Numbered from the stretch's first letter, positions 1 to 14,899 are shown. The stretch: DNA of 64,000 nt from Lytechinus pictus (GCF_037042905.1 NC_087246.1:1366001-1430000), one strand, 5' to 3'. Made by a program: numbers and translations. Notes: generated by a model from the sequence alone, not told the origin.

Positions 1-227
1 TTTATAATATCCATTACCTGTTTAATATTCTTAAATATATTAAAATTGTGATACTGAATCTTACTTACAGAAACTACATAAAGATTCAAATCGTACTTTG
101 ATTACATACCAATTGGCAGGTAGAAAAAAAAACACCATCAATAACTTTAACAATGAAAACGATTCTAAATTTGTGATGGGTGCATTGATGTTCGTTTAAT
201 AAAACAGAACATTTCTAAAACTTAGTG

Positions 228-650
228 CAGGGTGCTACATAACTTTTTAGAAACACTTGTCCGGTCGGGCAAGTAAATTATTAAATAGTTGGAATATGCT
301 TGCCCAAAAATCTATTTCACTTGCCCCCAAAAATCATTGAAAAAAAGTTTAACCTCTCCAAAAGAAAGTTTTGCGGTTTTATAAACCATTGACCCTTTTC
401 TCTCTTTTGACATGAACTGATCTACTTCGTTATTGCATTTCTTTTTCCAAAGTGATTTTATCTTGCCTGCCATGACCAAAATTAGGGTCAATAGATCTAT
501 ATCATATCCACCCTAATATTGGTCATTCTATTGTGAAAATCTTGCTTGCCCAATTCGGGCAAGTAGTTTTGGTCTTTACTTAAAAACACTTGCCCGACTC
601 TAACTTTTACTTGCCCCGGGCAATCGGGCAAATGCTTATGTTGCACCCTG
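228..650. mobile_element. MITE (non-autonomous TIR element, CAGGG termini)
   Basis: TIRs CAGGGTGCTACATAA / TTATGTTGCACCCTG; flanking direct repeat CTTAGTG at 221-227 and 651-657; internal TTGCCC/GGGCAA repeats. Confidence 0.85.
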
Positions 651-1329
651 CTTAGTGTTACAGTACATAAAAATGATGACAGGTAAAATTGAAGCTGTTT
701 GAGTGGGTAGGAAGAAACCAAGCCAGACAATGGAGTAGTTAAGAAAGGAGGAAGACATACTTCACAAAGGCGGAAGCTCATGTGTAAATAGAATTTGGAG
801 AGTGCGTCTACCTCAACTCATGAAAGGTTCAAATTTCTTCCTCTCTTACTTCTTTTCTTGCACACTATTGCTCAATTGATATAAGACAAGGGTATGAACT
901 TGAATTGTTTTTATTTTGTGGGAATTTGAGACTGGTTAGGGAACATAAACCTTTGAAAATAATCTTATCTACTGAATGGGAAATCACATTATCATGGTGT
1001 TCTCTTGTTTATTCCATCTTCCTCCTTATTTTTCAAAATCAACCTATCGATTCTCTTCTACCATAAATCCTTGCTCCTCCCCCTTCCTTCTTCTTCATCA
1101 ACTTCCATACCTTCTTTCAAACTTTCTATCACTAACCCCTCTCATTCTCTCACTTATTTCTTCTTTCAATCCCTTTTCTTTAAGTCTCTGAACGCTTCTT
1201 CCTGCCCAATTTTTTTTCTTTTCCTCCTCTTATTTCACACTCAATTTTTTTTACTCTCCCACCGACACTCTATCTATCTTTCATTCTCTATCTCCTTCCC
1301 ACTTCACTATCCTTCTGTCAAGTAACAAA

Positions 1330-4300
1330 ATATCACATCATGAGAGGGTGAGATTAAAATCATTTGTTGGTAGGAGGAGTGTCAATATTTGTTGGGATGA
1401 TGCAGTCCAGTAATGTGATACTCCCAAAAGATGGGTTGAGGAAACTGGGTCTAAAAATTGTCGTCACTCGCCAAATGAAGCAGCAAGTCTGAGAACATGG
1501 TTCGATTGATCAGTCGGCTGGCTCCCTATCAGACTGATTAATAACGGTCCATTCTCACTGGGGGATATTTATCTCAAGCCGCCATCATCAAGTATTAAAC
1601 CATGATAAAAAACAATACTAGTTCATCTTATGACTCTAACAAAATAAGTGCTGGATTCAAAGCTCTGTCTGCAGAACATCTTGTCCTGTTGATGGAATTG
1701 CAAACCACAGTTCTGTATTTCATTAAAATCATGTCTATCATTCTAGAAGCAGTTGAGATCCATTCCTCGAATAATCAATCCTGACTGGGGAATACCACAA
1801 AGTGTGTTTAAATGAATTGCTGTTGATTTCTATCCTAAATAAACCAATGTCATTTAAGGAAAAAAAACTTGGAAGTTTGAGTCTTGGTTTAGATGCAATT
1901 AACAAGCATCATGTCACAATTTTAGCAAGAAAATTTAATGAGAATAAAATTCTAACCCCCAAATTACAATGAGGAGGATCACTCCAATTTTTTGTCATTG
2001 CTACAGTATCCTTGTTCAAAATTTAGCATTTCACAATTATGAAGAAAGCTCTAGTTTTCAAACAATGAATGTCAAATAAATCCCATAAACTTTTCTTAAA
2101 TTAAAATCTTACAATCAGTAAGATCAAGATGCAATTACGGACAGGCTTTAGTTACGCACATCACAAACACTGTTGTTCAAATCCTCGCTCACTCAGGGGT
2201 GGATGATGGTCTTGAATGGAGTGAAATTGAGCAGAGAACTATCCCTATGCTGCTAAGTCTGGAGTATTAAACTTGTTTGGGTAGGAGAAGGGGGAATTCA
2301 AAAGAAGATGGTGACGTACTTAAGAAAGTACAAAGTAGAGTTCATATTGGCTGGACTTTTAATTAAAGGTAATGCTGTAACATTTGGTTACATTCATCTC
2401 ACAAATAATTATCATCGCTACAGTATTAATGAATTAATTATTTGTTTGAATATATATTGATAAAAAAATCCCTATAACCATAACAAATATGTTAAAACTT
2501 TTAAAACTAGTAGTTTCTATAGACAGTAATGCAACATTTTGGCTGAGAGCTGATTTGTAAGTGAAAGTCACTAACTAGTTGCTTCACGAAGCACTCTACT
2601 GCATTAATACTTCCTCCGAGATTAACAGCTGAATATTCCGCATCCTCACTCCTTCCAAATCTTCTCTCAAAATCACTAATCTTATTTCTCATCTTGTTCA
2701 GGTCTGCTTCTAATCGATAAAATTGTGCTGACCTTGTAAAAAGGACAGCTTATACCCCTTTCATATTGCGCTTTTCACCAGCAAACTTCACCGGCGAAGT
2801 TTGCCAGCGAAGGGGAAAGTGTCCAGTATGAAGGTACACAGGAGAACTTCACCGGTGAAGTTCGCCGGCGAACTTCTCCACCTCTAGAGGTGGATAACTT
2901 CGCCAGCAACTTTTTCACCGGCGAAGTTCGCCGGTGAAAAGGCCAGTATGAAAGCAAACCGGAGAACTTCTCCTCTTTAATGACGTCAGAGGTAAATTTT
3001 TTTCTCTCCCGAAGTCCCCTGTACCGAGATTCCGCGCGCGATAGTTGCAAGCTCAGCTGAATGCTATGGCTAAGTAGATACCCTCGAACATAATTTTTTT
3101 TTACTAACAATATTTATTAAAAAGCACTCTTTACATGTATAAAATGCGCTAAAATATAAAGGTGATATTGTTTTTTTTATCGTAATACTTCCAAAATATG
3201 TTGTAATTAATTTTTTGATACCTTTTTCTAATAGGTAAGAAGTAATGTTTACAATTTTCTTTCGTTTGTTCTGCAATCGCCCGTTGACTTTCGCCGGGGA
3301 AGAAATGTCAGTGCGAAAGGGTACATTTTTTTCTTCGCCGGGGAAGTGAGGAATGCAAGGTGGAGAAGTTCGCCGGTGAAAAATGAAGAGGGCAGTATGA
3401 AAGGGGTATAAGATTAAAATTCAATGAAAATGTACTTCTTAAGATATATAACTCTTTACTTAATCAAACTGTAGCATTTGAAATAACTGTACCTTTCAAT
3501 TCTTTTTTTAATAATTATACGGTATAGAAAAAAAGGTATTCGGCTGAAACAAATGAAATTAATAATAACCTATTTAGATTCGGTTTTCAAAATTAATGAA
3601 TTAAATCCAATACCTAATTATAAATATTATGAACGACTGATCAAGCCAACTGATGAAGTGAGGCTATATAGGAATCAAGTAGGAAATTGATTTCAATATC
3701 TTAAGCCAGAAAGAATAGTACTGGAGACTTGGACAGGAGATGCAAGTTTGGCTTCAGAAAAACCTTCAAGGATATTGATGAATTTATTCTATGCACAAAA
3801 AGCTAATGCACACTAAATCCTATCACAGCAAATAAAAATAAACAAATCCAATGATTGCATCTTGAAAAATAAGCATATAAAAAAATGAAATATTCCATGG
3901 AAACAGTTCAAGAAAGGAAGAATGTAAAGCTGAGAAAATTGTAAAAGGATTACAACCCTCTAGCAACAGACACCGTCAGTAGGGACACGCCCTATTGGGA
4001 GAGGATCATGGGATATAAAAACAAGCTCTATGGATTACAAGGCTCTGGAGTGATCACTCAACAAAGATCCCTTGCTACCGGCCCTTCAGATGATGATGGC
4101 AAATAAAACATGGAGGAAATTTTCCTCTTAGTCAGTATTGATTGTAAAATAACAAACTCTCTTGAAGTTAAGAAAGTACTTTCTCTTTCAGCTTATTGTC
4201 AATAAGCTGTTGAAACTGATTAATATTTTTATTCCAAGTAATGAAATTATATTAATCTATCTGAAAACATTTACAATTTTTTATTGCTAAAAGTCCATGT

Positions 4301-5100
4301 ATTCTTAGAAGGGGGGGGGTAGGAAATCACAAATTAAATCTCATAACTGTAATCAAGTATGTGACCTGTATATGTTCTCATATAGGCTTGATAGAAAATA
4401 TGGATTGAACAAATCACGATGGGAGGATGGAAGATTATCAGGGAGGGGTAAAGAAGGAGTGGGGGTGGGGAGGACAGCATCGCTTGATGTCAGCCAAGCT
4501 TAGAATAGAGTGATGGGAGCCTCAGGGTTCAAGCATGTTCTTTAGTCTGTTAAGTGCAATCCTTCAAAGAGAAACGATTGCTATTCTCAACCATATCGAC
4601 GTGGGTGGAATATATGATGACGCCTTCACCAACGTAAGATATAACTGCCATGCTGTTTGGAGAGTTTCTTACCCTTTTGGGGTTAAATTTTACAATTCAA
4701 GCATACAGAGCACTAACAGCAATTATGTAAAAGTATTCTTTCAGGAATACAACCTGGCAATCGATTCACATACGGAGCTGAAGGAAATAGCAAGTATGTG
4801 CTAATCTTAAAGATCATGGAAAATACCAAAAGAAAACAGAAAATAGTTACATGAAAAGTAATTTCATTTCCAGTATGCTGCAATATCAAAAGTTCAATTC
4901 CGTTAAGCAGTCAACAGCGATTTTAGTGAGAACTAAAAAAAACAAATGAATACAGTTTCTTGTTTAAAGCAAGTGAGCAACAGAAAAGGACAAAAACCAT
5001 GATGCTGTGAAGTTTTGGCCTCATGATGAATAATAAAACAAACAAGTGGTAAAAATAGGCCAAACCTATCACAGATGTCCCAATCACACACACACACAAA
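1330..5100 (-). pseudogene. Decayed L1/Tx1-like LINE relic(s), interrupted by a MITE
   Basis: Minus-strand motifs in L1 ORF2 order: GSLLSDHS (4047-4070, endonuclease end), LVYLG (1833-1847), DDGGL (1575-1589); many stops and frameshifts; may be more than one relic. Confidence 0.55.
2751..3410. mobile_element. MITE, PIF/Harbinger-like
   Basis: TIRs TATACCCCTTTCATA / TATGAAAGGGGTATA; repeated TTCGCCGG(C/T)GAA palindromic motifs inside. Confidence 0.8.
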
Positions 5101-5307
5101 ATTCTGTTTCATTATTCACAGTTCGAACAAGTTTACAAGACATCTCTTTGCTACATAACACATCTCATGACCATTGCATGGCAACAGACCACTAGTCATT
5201 CCCTAGGGAAAGACATGGCATTAAAAACATTTGACTGAAATTCACTCTCAATCATGAGTAACATAGATGATCTGTAGAGTTATCTTCATTTCCTATAGAC
5301 AGATCAT

Positions 5308-5900
5308 TGAGCACTTTTAGAAATGTACGTCCACATAGTGGCCTGCCATATGCATCAGGTCCTCACACACGTCCACTATCAGAATCGAGAACCTCGCCAC
5401 ATCCATTTTGCGGTTCTCCTAAATCATAGTGGACGTGTACGTGAGTGACGTCATTTTGACCATTCAAGCCCAGCATGAAGATTAACCTTTCCCTTTTAAA
5501 ACACAGTTTTCAGTGACTTTTCACAAAATTAATGTAAGTTGTACGATGCACTATGTTTATCATATTTGAAATTGCTTTCTGATCTCCAAAATATACATCG
5601 ATATATATCCTAACTCGTGTAAAAAGGAATCAAAGCAAGTGAAAGGGCACATGTGCACAAGTTGCACCTTCGCATCACCCGACCGGGTCGACAAGCGATG
5701 GTGCGCCAGATCTTCCGGGTCGGGCAGCGTGTCATGACCCGCTGGTTATCGCGCTGTTTCATGTGGACGTACGTACACGTATAAGTCGAGTGAAATCTAA
5801 AGTATTCGCATCTCTAGTGAACAAGGGCAGACGACGACGTTGACTCTAACGATCAGATGACTGCTACGTCGTTCACGTTCACTGCTCCTAAAACTCTCTA
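5308..5900. mobile_element. Probable non-autonomous DNA element, CpG-rich
   Basis: Inverted motifs GTACGTCCACAT (5325-5336) / ATGTGGACGTAC (5761-5772); short imperfect end repeats; CpG content well above flanks. Confidence 0.4.
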
Positions 5901-6926
5901 TTAACTATAGTCAATCAGTTTCAGAGCAATGATATATTGCTGCTAATATTAATGTAACATGGGATTTAAGCTGAAGATATTAGTATAAGCAAGAAAAGCA
6001 CTGTTTTGGGGTGGGGGAGGGGGGGGTGAAGGCAAGGCTGGGGAATGGCTTCTGCGATCTTGGAAAGAGCTGTGTTCACCTGTCCTGCACAACTTGAGTT
6101 TCATTACCTGATATAGAGTGTGTGGGAAGGTAAGATCAGGTTGAGATGAGATGCCTCAATGGGTGGTGCTGACACTACTCAATCTCCAGTTACTGTCTTG
6201 ATAGGTGTAGTGGTCACATGGGAGAACACTTAAACCCTGTAGCTTGATACATGTGGGTGGGTTTTTTTTCTTTCAGTAGAATGTTATTATTCCTATTATA
6301 TCTTTTAAATCATTAAAATCTTAATGAAGCTTTGACACAAGGTCACATGACTGTGATCATCACTACAGGCTTTATTCTTTAGAGTATGTTAATTGATATT
6401 GGCAAGACATTATTCATTAAGGTGATCTTGTTTTTAACATTGATCCAAACATCAAAATACAAGTATTTAGAGAGATCAAAGTTCAGGGTTGGTATTCTGA
6501 GATCCATTTTATCTCAAATAAAATCATCTATATAGAGCGTTTTAGCCATACATTAAAACCGCATATTTTGGTCTGCATCAAGTGCCTGTGCAGTATCAGA
6601 GTGTATCCTTAAATGACCGAAATCCAACGAATATCCAATAGGCTCGTGTACAAAATTTACCATTGGGTATGAGAACTTATTCAACAGTCTAGTGCGTATG
6701 CGCGAATTATACAATGCGTACAACGATGAAAGCAATGCGATGCACAGCATAGATCACAATTACGCTCAATGACGTCATAATGAACTACTAGTACATGTAA
6801 GTCGTAGGTCAATGACTAAAATTGGTCCTAAAGTGATGATGCCATTGTGATAAGTGATATGACTTGTTTAATCAAATTTGTCCCTCTTTCTTTAAGGGGG
6901 GGGGGGGTGTATAGATGATAATGATT

Positions 6927-7022
6927 ATATTGGATGGCTTTATTTCATGAAATACCAGAAATATTCCACTCATCTGCGATTTGTGGAATATTTCTGGTAT
7001 TCCATTCTGAGCCATCCAATAA
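6927..7022. repeat. ~95-bp imperfect palindrome, probably the end of a non-autonomous DNA element
   Basis: ATTGGATGGCT...AATACCAGAAATATTCCAC / GTGGAATATTTCTGGTATT...AGCCATCCAAT. Confidence 0.75.
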
Positions 7023-7339
7023 TAAATATTTTATCTCAGTTAAAATCAGTGAGATAAAATACCCTTGAAATCTCTCCGAATTGTTATTCTGAGAACAATT
7101 TTATCTCCATTTTATCTCTGTAAAACACACCTACTTTTGAAGCAATATTCAATTAGAAACACACTTTTATAGCTCTCTCATCTCACTCAACCAATAGAAA
7201 TCCATTCTGCCAGGAGGAGTGGCAAAGGAGTGAGATTGCGTCAATTTATTGACTTCAAATACGCTTGCACTATACGCTAGCGCATCTTAATATTTTAAAG
7301 ATAAAATGACCTCAGAATACCGCCCCTGATTGTTAGGAT

Positions 7340-8900
7340 TAAGGATTTATACCCCTAATCTTTCTTAGGATTTATAGTTTTATACCCATAATCTTTCTTA
7401 ATTATTTTTTTCCTTGACTTAGAATTAACTTCAAAATACACCCACAGATGCCCACAAAAACAGTAATTGTAGTTTAATATGAAAACACAATGTGAGCATT
7501 GAATGGTCCAAGATTTCTCTAAATTTGTTTCCTTTTTTATAAATCTAATCTTTAACGAAATACCGAAGCCATCCTCTTGTTTAAAAGAAAAGGACATGAA
7601 GCCATGCAATTCTCATTTCCTTCCAAGAAACAATTGAAGTATTCAGAAGAAATTATAAAAGCTTTCTTTTCACATTTGAAATATTTTTTAAAACACTTTT
7701 AACAAGAATTCAAGTGCCAACCACCCCCCCCCCCATCATCTCTTGAAGATGACAGTATGTTAGAATGTGACTGCTCAAAGAAGGACAAAATTCAACATTA
7801 ATTTCTTCTTTTACATCAACTTCATTCACACTCAATCTCTTATGGACCTATTTATTGTCACATTTTGTTTCAGCTTTCACTCAGCCATAACTTTGTGATA
7901 AAAGAAGACAGACATTCAATTCAGGAAAACACATCATAACTAAAATGTCATTGAATCTATTAAGAATTATTGCTTGATATAAACAATTCTATTACTCCCC
8001 TATCCACTCTGATAAAGTCAATTAGTAAAACAAAATTGATGTTCTAATCTCTTTTAGTCTTTTTAAATGATTTCTCAGAAAGTGGATCTAAATAATGTGA
8101 GCTATTTTCTCCCTATTAAAATAATAGAATGCTGATTTGAACTAGAAATTGTGAAGAGAACGTAATGAAGCATTTTTAAAAGAGAATGCATCTACAATTG
8201 TTCAGATTTTTTGAAAGACTGTTTATACTATAAGCATGACCTTCTTATTGAAAACTATTTTGCATAATTCTGCTTTCATTTCAGTCTGTTTTTCTTTTTG
8301 TTATTCATTATTCCTAATTTTTTTAACTTAGTGTCTTTTTTCGAAAAAGTGGAAAGTTCAGCATTTTGCTTTTCTTTCGTTTCCCATTTATTTCTCTTAA
8401 ACACATGTTGTTTCCATTAATATTTATTCAAACAAACTCCTATGCCAATCTCCTCGCCTCCACACATCTATCTGGTAATCCTTGATACACAGGTTAATCT
8501 AGTCAATTTTCATCTCACCTGATGAAACATCCTCTTCAAGTATCCTAGAGTTTAACTAAAATAAAAACAGAATTGATCAACCAACTTTTCCGTCACTGAC
8601 TTTTATTAGATAGGATAAAAAATATAACTTTATACAATTCTAACTAATTTCAGTGAAGTAATTGGATTAAGGAACATCAAACTGCTTTGCTAAGATGTTA
8701 TTTTTCTTTGGCCTTATTAATTTTTTTTTATACATTTGAAATATTTCAGGAAAAGAATAATAAAACCTTAAAATGAAAAGGTAACTATTATTTAATGCAA
8801 TGGAAAAAAAATCACACATATTCACAATTTTCAAGGATTAAATGCAATAGTAGCTCTCTGTAAACATTAATTTTTGACCGAGATAAAGCATGACTGATGA
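7340..8900 (-). pseudogene. Decayed L1/Tx1-like LINE relic
   Basis: Minus strand YQIDVWR (8457-8477; L1 endonuclease LxDxWR) and downstream KQEDGFGI (GGLG-like) in ORF 7355-7609. Confidence 0.5.
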
Positions 8901-9000
8901 AGTTTAGATTGTGTAACAAATATTGCACACATGTCCTTAACCTCCTCACTTTCCTTGAAGTTAGCAATACTGCTGTGCAATGCATAAAAACAATTCACTA

Positions 9001-10826
9001 ACTAGAACTGCAATCGTTTCCGAACGATGTGCATGCATTGACGCGTCTGATTGAAAGGTCAAGTTTACCTCAGAAAAATCTTGATTAGAATCAATAGGGA
9101 AAAATCAGACAAGCACAATGCTGAAAATTTCATCAAAATCGGATGTAAAATAAGAAAGTTATGACATTTCAAAGTTTCGCTTATTTTTAACAAAATAGTT
9201 ATATGAACGAGCCAGTTACATCAAAATGAGAGAGATGATGATGTCACTCACTCAAAATGGTGCATGCACTGTCATGCATGAATGATTTTAGAAAATGAAA
9301 TAAGAGGTACACAATAATGCATCATGGACAACATGTCTACCAAATCGGAATGAATTTGGATGAGGAGCGGAGGCAGGGGAGGAATTAAAAAAAATTACAT
9401 GTTAATCAAAGTGGATTTAGGACATTATGCCCTCCATAGGAAGTTGCATTCTCGAGTCAAACATATTTCGTCCATTTTTTGACCATGGCCGCTAAACAAA
9501 GAGAGAGAAGGGAGAGAAAGACACAGAGAGAGTGATATGAATAAGCATACACATTTCCCTGACAGTTCATTAACGTAACTCAGTGTAAAGTACATAGCAG
9601 AACGATGTGCATGCATAATACGTTATGCCATAGACATTGTGTACAATTCTGTTGTTAATAATGTGTGCATTCTGAGTAGTATACCATGTGTTCAGATTGG
9701 CTTATCTTCAAATTTTCTGTTGTAACCTATGTCATATTTGGTATCACTGGAAAAAGCATTCAAATGCGGTGACATTGATACCACTTTTATTTGTGCTCAA
9801 GCAATAGACCGGAAGTAAATGCCATATAAAGAAAAACATTAAAAATGAAGGTTTTGCACAATAATTTTAAGCTGACGTCAGATTTTTGTCAGTTTCTGTT
9901 ACAAAAGGTTGACGAACGGTTGAAGTATATATCAATACTCATATCTGCCAAGTTAGAAAGGATAAGCTTCAATAATAAGGAAATAAGAGCAAGTTGAAGT
10001 TGTGCTGGCATTATAGTGCATTTTTTCGTATTTTGCTGATTTTCGGGAGCATTTTTCAGATATTTTGTCAGCGGTAAGGTATATATTTTTCTAAATGGCA
10101 TGAAAGAGCATATCTTGAACACCCTAAATCTAAAAAAGGGTACGGGTTTGGCCATGCATGACGAAATGAGGAGCATTCAAAGATAAGCGTTTTTGAAACT
10201 TTAGAGGGCGCTATTTCAGTAACGGACATTCAGTGATGCGTGAAAACTGACTCGTAAGTATGATATGGTACCAGTATCAATTCCTAAAAGTATGAGCTCG
10301 AAATGAATAAAAACAATTAAGTTATGGCCATTTTACGATTTTTTGACTTTACATTTCAATAAATGTGACGTTTTTGAAGGAAGGCTATTTCGGATTTGAA
10401 TTTAGGGCATGAAGATGGCATTTTGAAGGTCAGGTTATACGTCGCAGATGATGGAGCAACTCTTTGACTATCTATAGGAATTTGTTAGAAGTTTGTAGCA
10501 TGCAGGATGCGGGAGTTAGGACGAGATTAGTAATGGTATGCAAATGGACTGAAATTTACAAAATGGCGCCTAGATGGTCATGCATGAGTGATTTTGGAAA
10601 AATGAAGACGAGGGGCACAACTAGGGATGCTGGACAACATGTCTACAAAGTTTGGATGAATTTGGATGAGGGACGGAGCCAGGGCAGAGCTAACAAACAC
10701 CATGTGTTAAACAAATGGGATTTTGTGGAAGAAGAAGAAGAAGAAGAAGAAGAAGAAGAAGAAGACGACGGAATAGGAATACGGAACAAGAACAATGCAT
10801 TGTCGCCAGTGGGCGTCAATGCAATT
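9001..10826 (+). mobile_element. Helentron-associated (HINE/pearl-like) non-autonomous element with nested inserts
   Basis: Sub-terminal inverted repeats TGCATTGACGC (9034-9044) / GCGTCAATGCA (10813-10823); 3' hairpin; (GAA)n at ~10728-10765; internal repeat ~9256-9420 vs ~10560-10727; contains a fragment (~9055-9255) of the 24042/41689 MITE family. Confidence 0.6.
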
Positions 10827-11099
10827 AAACTCATACATATCACTCATTATTGACAGATATTAAGCGGTAACAGAAAACTACATTCATTTCCCAGATGGAC
10901 ATTTTCCAGGGATTATTGATAGCAAATGCTTGTATTTCAATCTTTTTTCTAGCGATTCGGCCATTTAAATTTGATCTATTTCAGTGAGTAAAACTGGATT
11001 TACATACTGATTAAAGGAAGTTAAATAGTAAAAAGGAAGTTAAATATTCAGATGTGAACTTCTCGCTACCACACCATTAAAGACACTTCTTGTTCATCA

Positions 11100-12200
11100 A
11101 GCACGACACACAATTTTATGCTCAGATTTCAAAGAAAAACAAAACTCTTTCTTGAAAATACCGATAGTACGGGAGGTCAGGACGAAATCTTGGGAACTAA
11201 TGTGACTTGAGCAAGGGTCCTTCCTGAGCCATAGAGTAACTGTATCAGATTAATCTTATTCCATACACGACGATGGGACGTGATGTGCAGGGTAAGGTAA
11301 TAGAATTAAATGCATTACGCACCACTCACGGTCATTGCATGATTGCTAACCGGGATTGCTAATGAGCCATTAAACAGAAGCATCGTGGGTAATCTAGTGG
11401 GTGCAAAAAACCTCCAAGGGAGTCTAGCGCTTGGTAATTCATTCGCTGTGGGGGTAGTCGGGTGGGATGTGCAGGATCTATATAAAAGAAGTGGATGGGT
11501 AATTAAAGAGGATATCCCTCTCGTTAAAATGCTTTCTAGGAACTTCATGGTCATGCCATCCAGTGAGGATATCAACACATATTCTTTCAACTTAGAACCT
11601 ACTACCTTTTGGATCTAAACATATTAAGGCCACTGCTTTCTGTAATTCACAGCAGACTGCGTTCCCATTGCCAGGGCCCTGTCAGTAGATGAAAGTCTGA
11701 AACGTACAAGTGACCACATCAGCTGCACATATACATCCTCACATTATTTAGTGAAGCCATCCATATAGTTCACTACAGAACATGGGTGTTCATCACTTAT
11801 GCTTCTGAAACATTAACCTCATAAACTCTCGGATAAAGTTTGCTTCAGGAAGTTTACACTAATTGTATTTGATTTCACAATGAAATACTGATTAAGATAA
11901 CAATGCAATTCAATGCCATGAGCTCCACCCAATACAAGGAGAGTACTTATGAAATTGAGAATCTCTATTCCAAACTGATAGAGCAGGATATTGTGATGTG
12001 AATGACCTTTGTAAATTCATCCAGGGACTGTGTTACTCATGTTCCATACTTCCTGGTTGAATGAGAAATGATAACACACTGGCTTCATTTATTCCCTAGG
12101 CCATGTGGCATCCATACCGCTTCGGTAACCATCCAAAGCCAGGAAAATGTGATCGATTTCTCTTCATCACATCCGTACTTTGTATATTCAAATGTACTCA
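11100..12200 (-). pseudogene. Decayed Penelope-like element reverse transcriptase
   Basis: Minus strand ADV..(S)LYT-like motif with frameshift (~11703-11730), LAMGTQSAVNY (11642-11674; PLE GxAMGTxxAPxYA), then MKFLESIL...SHP in ORF 11315-11590. Confidence 0.7.
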
Positions 12201-12309
12201 ATTGAAGGAAATGTAAGTCAAAGAACCACGACTAAAAATTGAAAAAACCTAAGATGGAACAAAGTCAGGTTCATAGAAAGCTTGATTTTGAATTGCTGCT
12301 GAGCAATAT

Positions 12310-12600
12310 GAGGGTCGTATGGTCTAGTGGCTAGAACATTGGACTCATGATTGGAAGGTTGTCAGTTCAAATCCCAGCTCTGCGATTATCTCTACTTTAA
12401 CCAAAAGAGTAATTTCTGTCGACTATGATGGTTAGCCACTATGACTGATTAACCAAGATGTAAAAATGTTTCATATGTTGGTTATATACCAGCAGCTTGA
12501 CGTTATTGCAGCTGAAAGCTGCTTTGTTGAGTTCCTACAGGAGTTAACTCAACAGAAACAGATATATACAGAAGTAATCACTGAGCTCTAAAGTTACTAA
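12310..12600 (+). mobile_element. tRNA-derived SINE (3' end approximate)
   Basis: A-box-like TGGTCTAGTGG and B-box-like GTTCAAATCC at tRNA spacing (12310-12385); no intact cloverleaf. Confidence 0.6.
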
Positions 12601-12619
12601 TTGCAAGGATAACTTTATT

Positions 12620-13700
12620 ACATAAGGGGCAGAAACATTCTTGACAGCTACTTTACACATCTGCCGTAGAAGGATATGAATGCAAGCATGAATCAAGGGC
12701 CTCAGTTTATGCTTAATGTAAAAAATCCACTCAATACCACAACACTTGAAAATGTTAGAGACACATCAATTTTAACACAACTTTAAATTCCAATAATTGT
12801 GCTATGACCTGCAATAAGAAATTGTGCTTGACATGAGATTTTGGGAGGCCATTCTGCACTTGTGCTTTTTTGTTGTTGCTCAACATCGATTTTGCTGTCA
12901 AAGCTCTTTAAAGTTCTCTCTGATGGATCAGGGGCCTGTATCACAAAACTTTAAGATTGATTGTAAAGTTGATTTCTTTGCTTGAACATACATAATGATC
13001 AATGGAATCAAGTACATCAAACCAGTCCTACCATCAAATAAAAAGATATTTATTATGCAGCCTAGAAATGGCATGTCAACTTGGTTCCAAACCTACATGT
13101 ATTGTAGGTCACCATCAGATTACAAAGATACATGCCTCTGTTCCAAGAATCACAGTTTTACCCATTTCCTTGAATATTTAATGAATCTTAATAACGAGCT
13201 TAAGGTGAATATCCTTGTCCATGACTATAATGAAGTCTAGTCAATCTCATCTTCTGATGATAAAGATCACCTCTATTGTTTGTAGGTAATGATGAATAAT
13301 GTATCTATTACACTGATCTTAATGAACTCATCTCATGGCTATACAGACAGGAAGAGAGGATCAACAACAAGTCTGCTGCTAAAAATCAAATCATTACCCG
13401 CTCAACAAAATCAAGAGAGAATATCTCCTCAATATCATCTCTTTCTGGAAAATCAAATGCTTTAAATCATTTCTCTGAAATATTGAATTGCTTTTATTAT
13501 GATTTAATGAGAAAATCAAATTGCATTCCTACGGCTTCAAGTCTACAATCAATTTAATCTTAGATAAATACTGCATAGCTAATAAAAGAAACAAATGTTT
13601 TATCAAGCCATCCTTTAATAGTTGTGGCTCTTTCTTCATTTGTCTTTTCTGTACTCCACTTTATGAGTATTTGACAGTTAATAACCAGAGGTGGCTATAC
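12620..13700 (-). pseudogene. Decayed L1-like endonuclease region
   Basis: Minus strand ILLSGND (GDFN-like, ~13390-13412) followed by RLDFII-like motif (~13225-13248). Confidence 0.35.
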
Positions 13701-14363
13701 ACTGGTGTAATCATCAATAATCCAGGGCAAAATTCATGGTTTAACTCACAAGACATAAAAAATGTATATGGGGTAGAATATCGGGGGGGGGGGGAAGGAT
13801 CTTCATTTTCACATCTAAAGTTCTCAATCAAAGATAAATTCTAATGCCCTCCCCCCCCCCCAAAAAAAAAAAGGAGCAATAAAACATTCAAACATTCACT
13901 TGCAAATTGAAAAACATTGCTAGGAACAGCTTGCTTTTTTTTCAAAAACTTTCCTTTGTTGATTATTAAATAGACATACAGGGATAAACAAATCTCTCAA
14001 AGAGGGATTTTCATACTTCGAGAATCATCTCCCTCTTAGATGATTTCTAAAGATTAATAGCTGTAAGCTCTGATCATGCATACACATTTTCTTGTTATAA
14101 ATCAAATGTGTTTTGAGCATTGTGTCATCCGTTGACCTGATTTCTTCACTAAGACTCCTAGCTCGACATCTGTGATGATTAACGCAGATGCTCATCATCT
14201 ACGGCCGGCCGTGCTTACATTTTTTGTTGGCAAATTAAGACAAATCCAACATGAGATGATCATTGCTTTCATTCCATTTAGCCATCTTATAAGTTTCATA
14301 GTTATTATTTATAATTTAAGGGTTATCATTAAATTTGTGAGAAATTTTAAATACACTGACATA

Positions 14364-14757
14364 CATAGCCCTGGGAAGTGGGGGTGCTTGGGGAGCTGAA
14401 GCACCCAAAGATTTTTCCAGGGGGTGCTGCGTGTATTATTTTCCATAGGCAGCACCCCCTGGAATTCCCAACGGTGTGACAAAATTGAGAAATGTAACCA
14501 AAATGACCTCTATTTAAAAAAAATATATATTTTTTGCTTATCAAATTGGTAGGGACGATATTGACGTTCCTTTTTGAGGGAAACCTTTTTTTTTTCACTT
14601 TCTTTTCGTTTTTTTTTTTGGGGGGGGGGGGGCTCGTCATATTTCTCAGGAAGAAAATGACTTTCCTTTTGGAGTGAAACCTTTTTTTTTAAATATTATT
14701 TTTGCTTGTCAAATTTACATCAGCACCCCCAGTCAAAAAATTGTTCCCAGGGCCCTG
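14364..14757. mobile_element. MITE with GGGGGTGCTG sub-terminal motifs
   Basis: GCCCTGGGAA...GGGGGTGCT at the left end and CAGCACCCCC...TTCCCAGGGCCCTG at the right end. Confidence 0.7.
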
Positions 14758-14899
14758 CTGACATACTAGATTATGTGTTTATCAAGAAAAGTATGTAAAA
14801 TATGAACTGATTAATTTATTTTATTCTTATTACTTAAGATATATATCTGATGAAAAATACTTTTTTAAATGAAGCAAATCAAATATGATCTATAATGCT

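Noticed and set aside
10464..10853. 129-aa ORF with a poly-Glu run
   Set aside because: It runs through the (GAA)n microsatellite of a non-autonomous element.
12310..12385. Possible tRNA gene
   Set aside because: A and B boxes are present but the acceptor and T stems do not pair properly; better explained as a SINE head.
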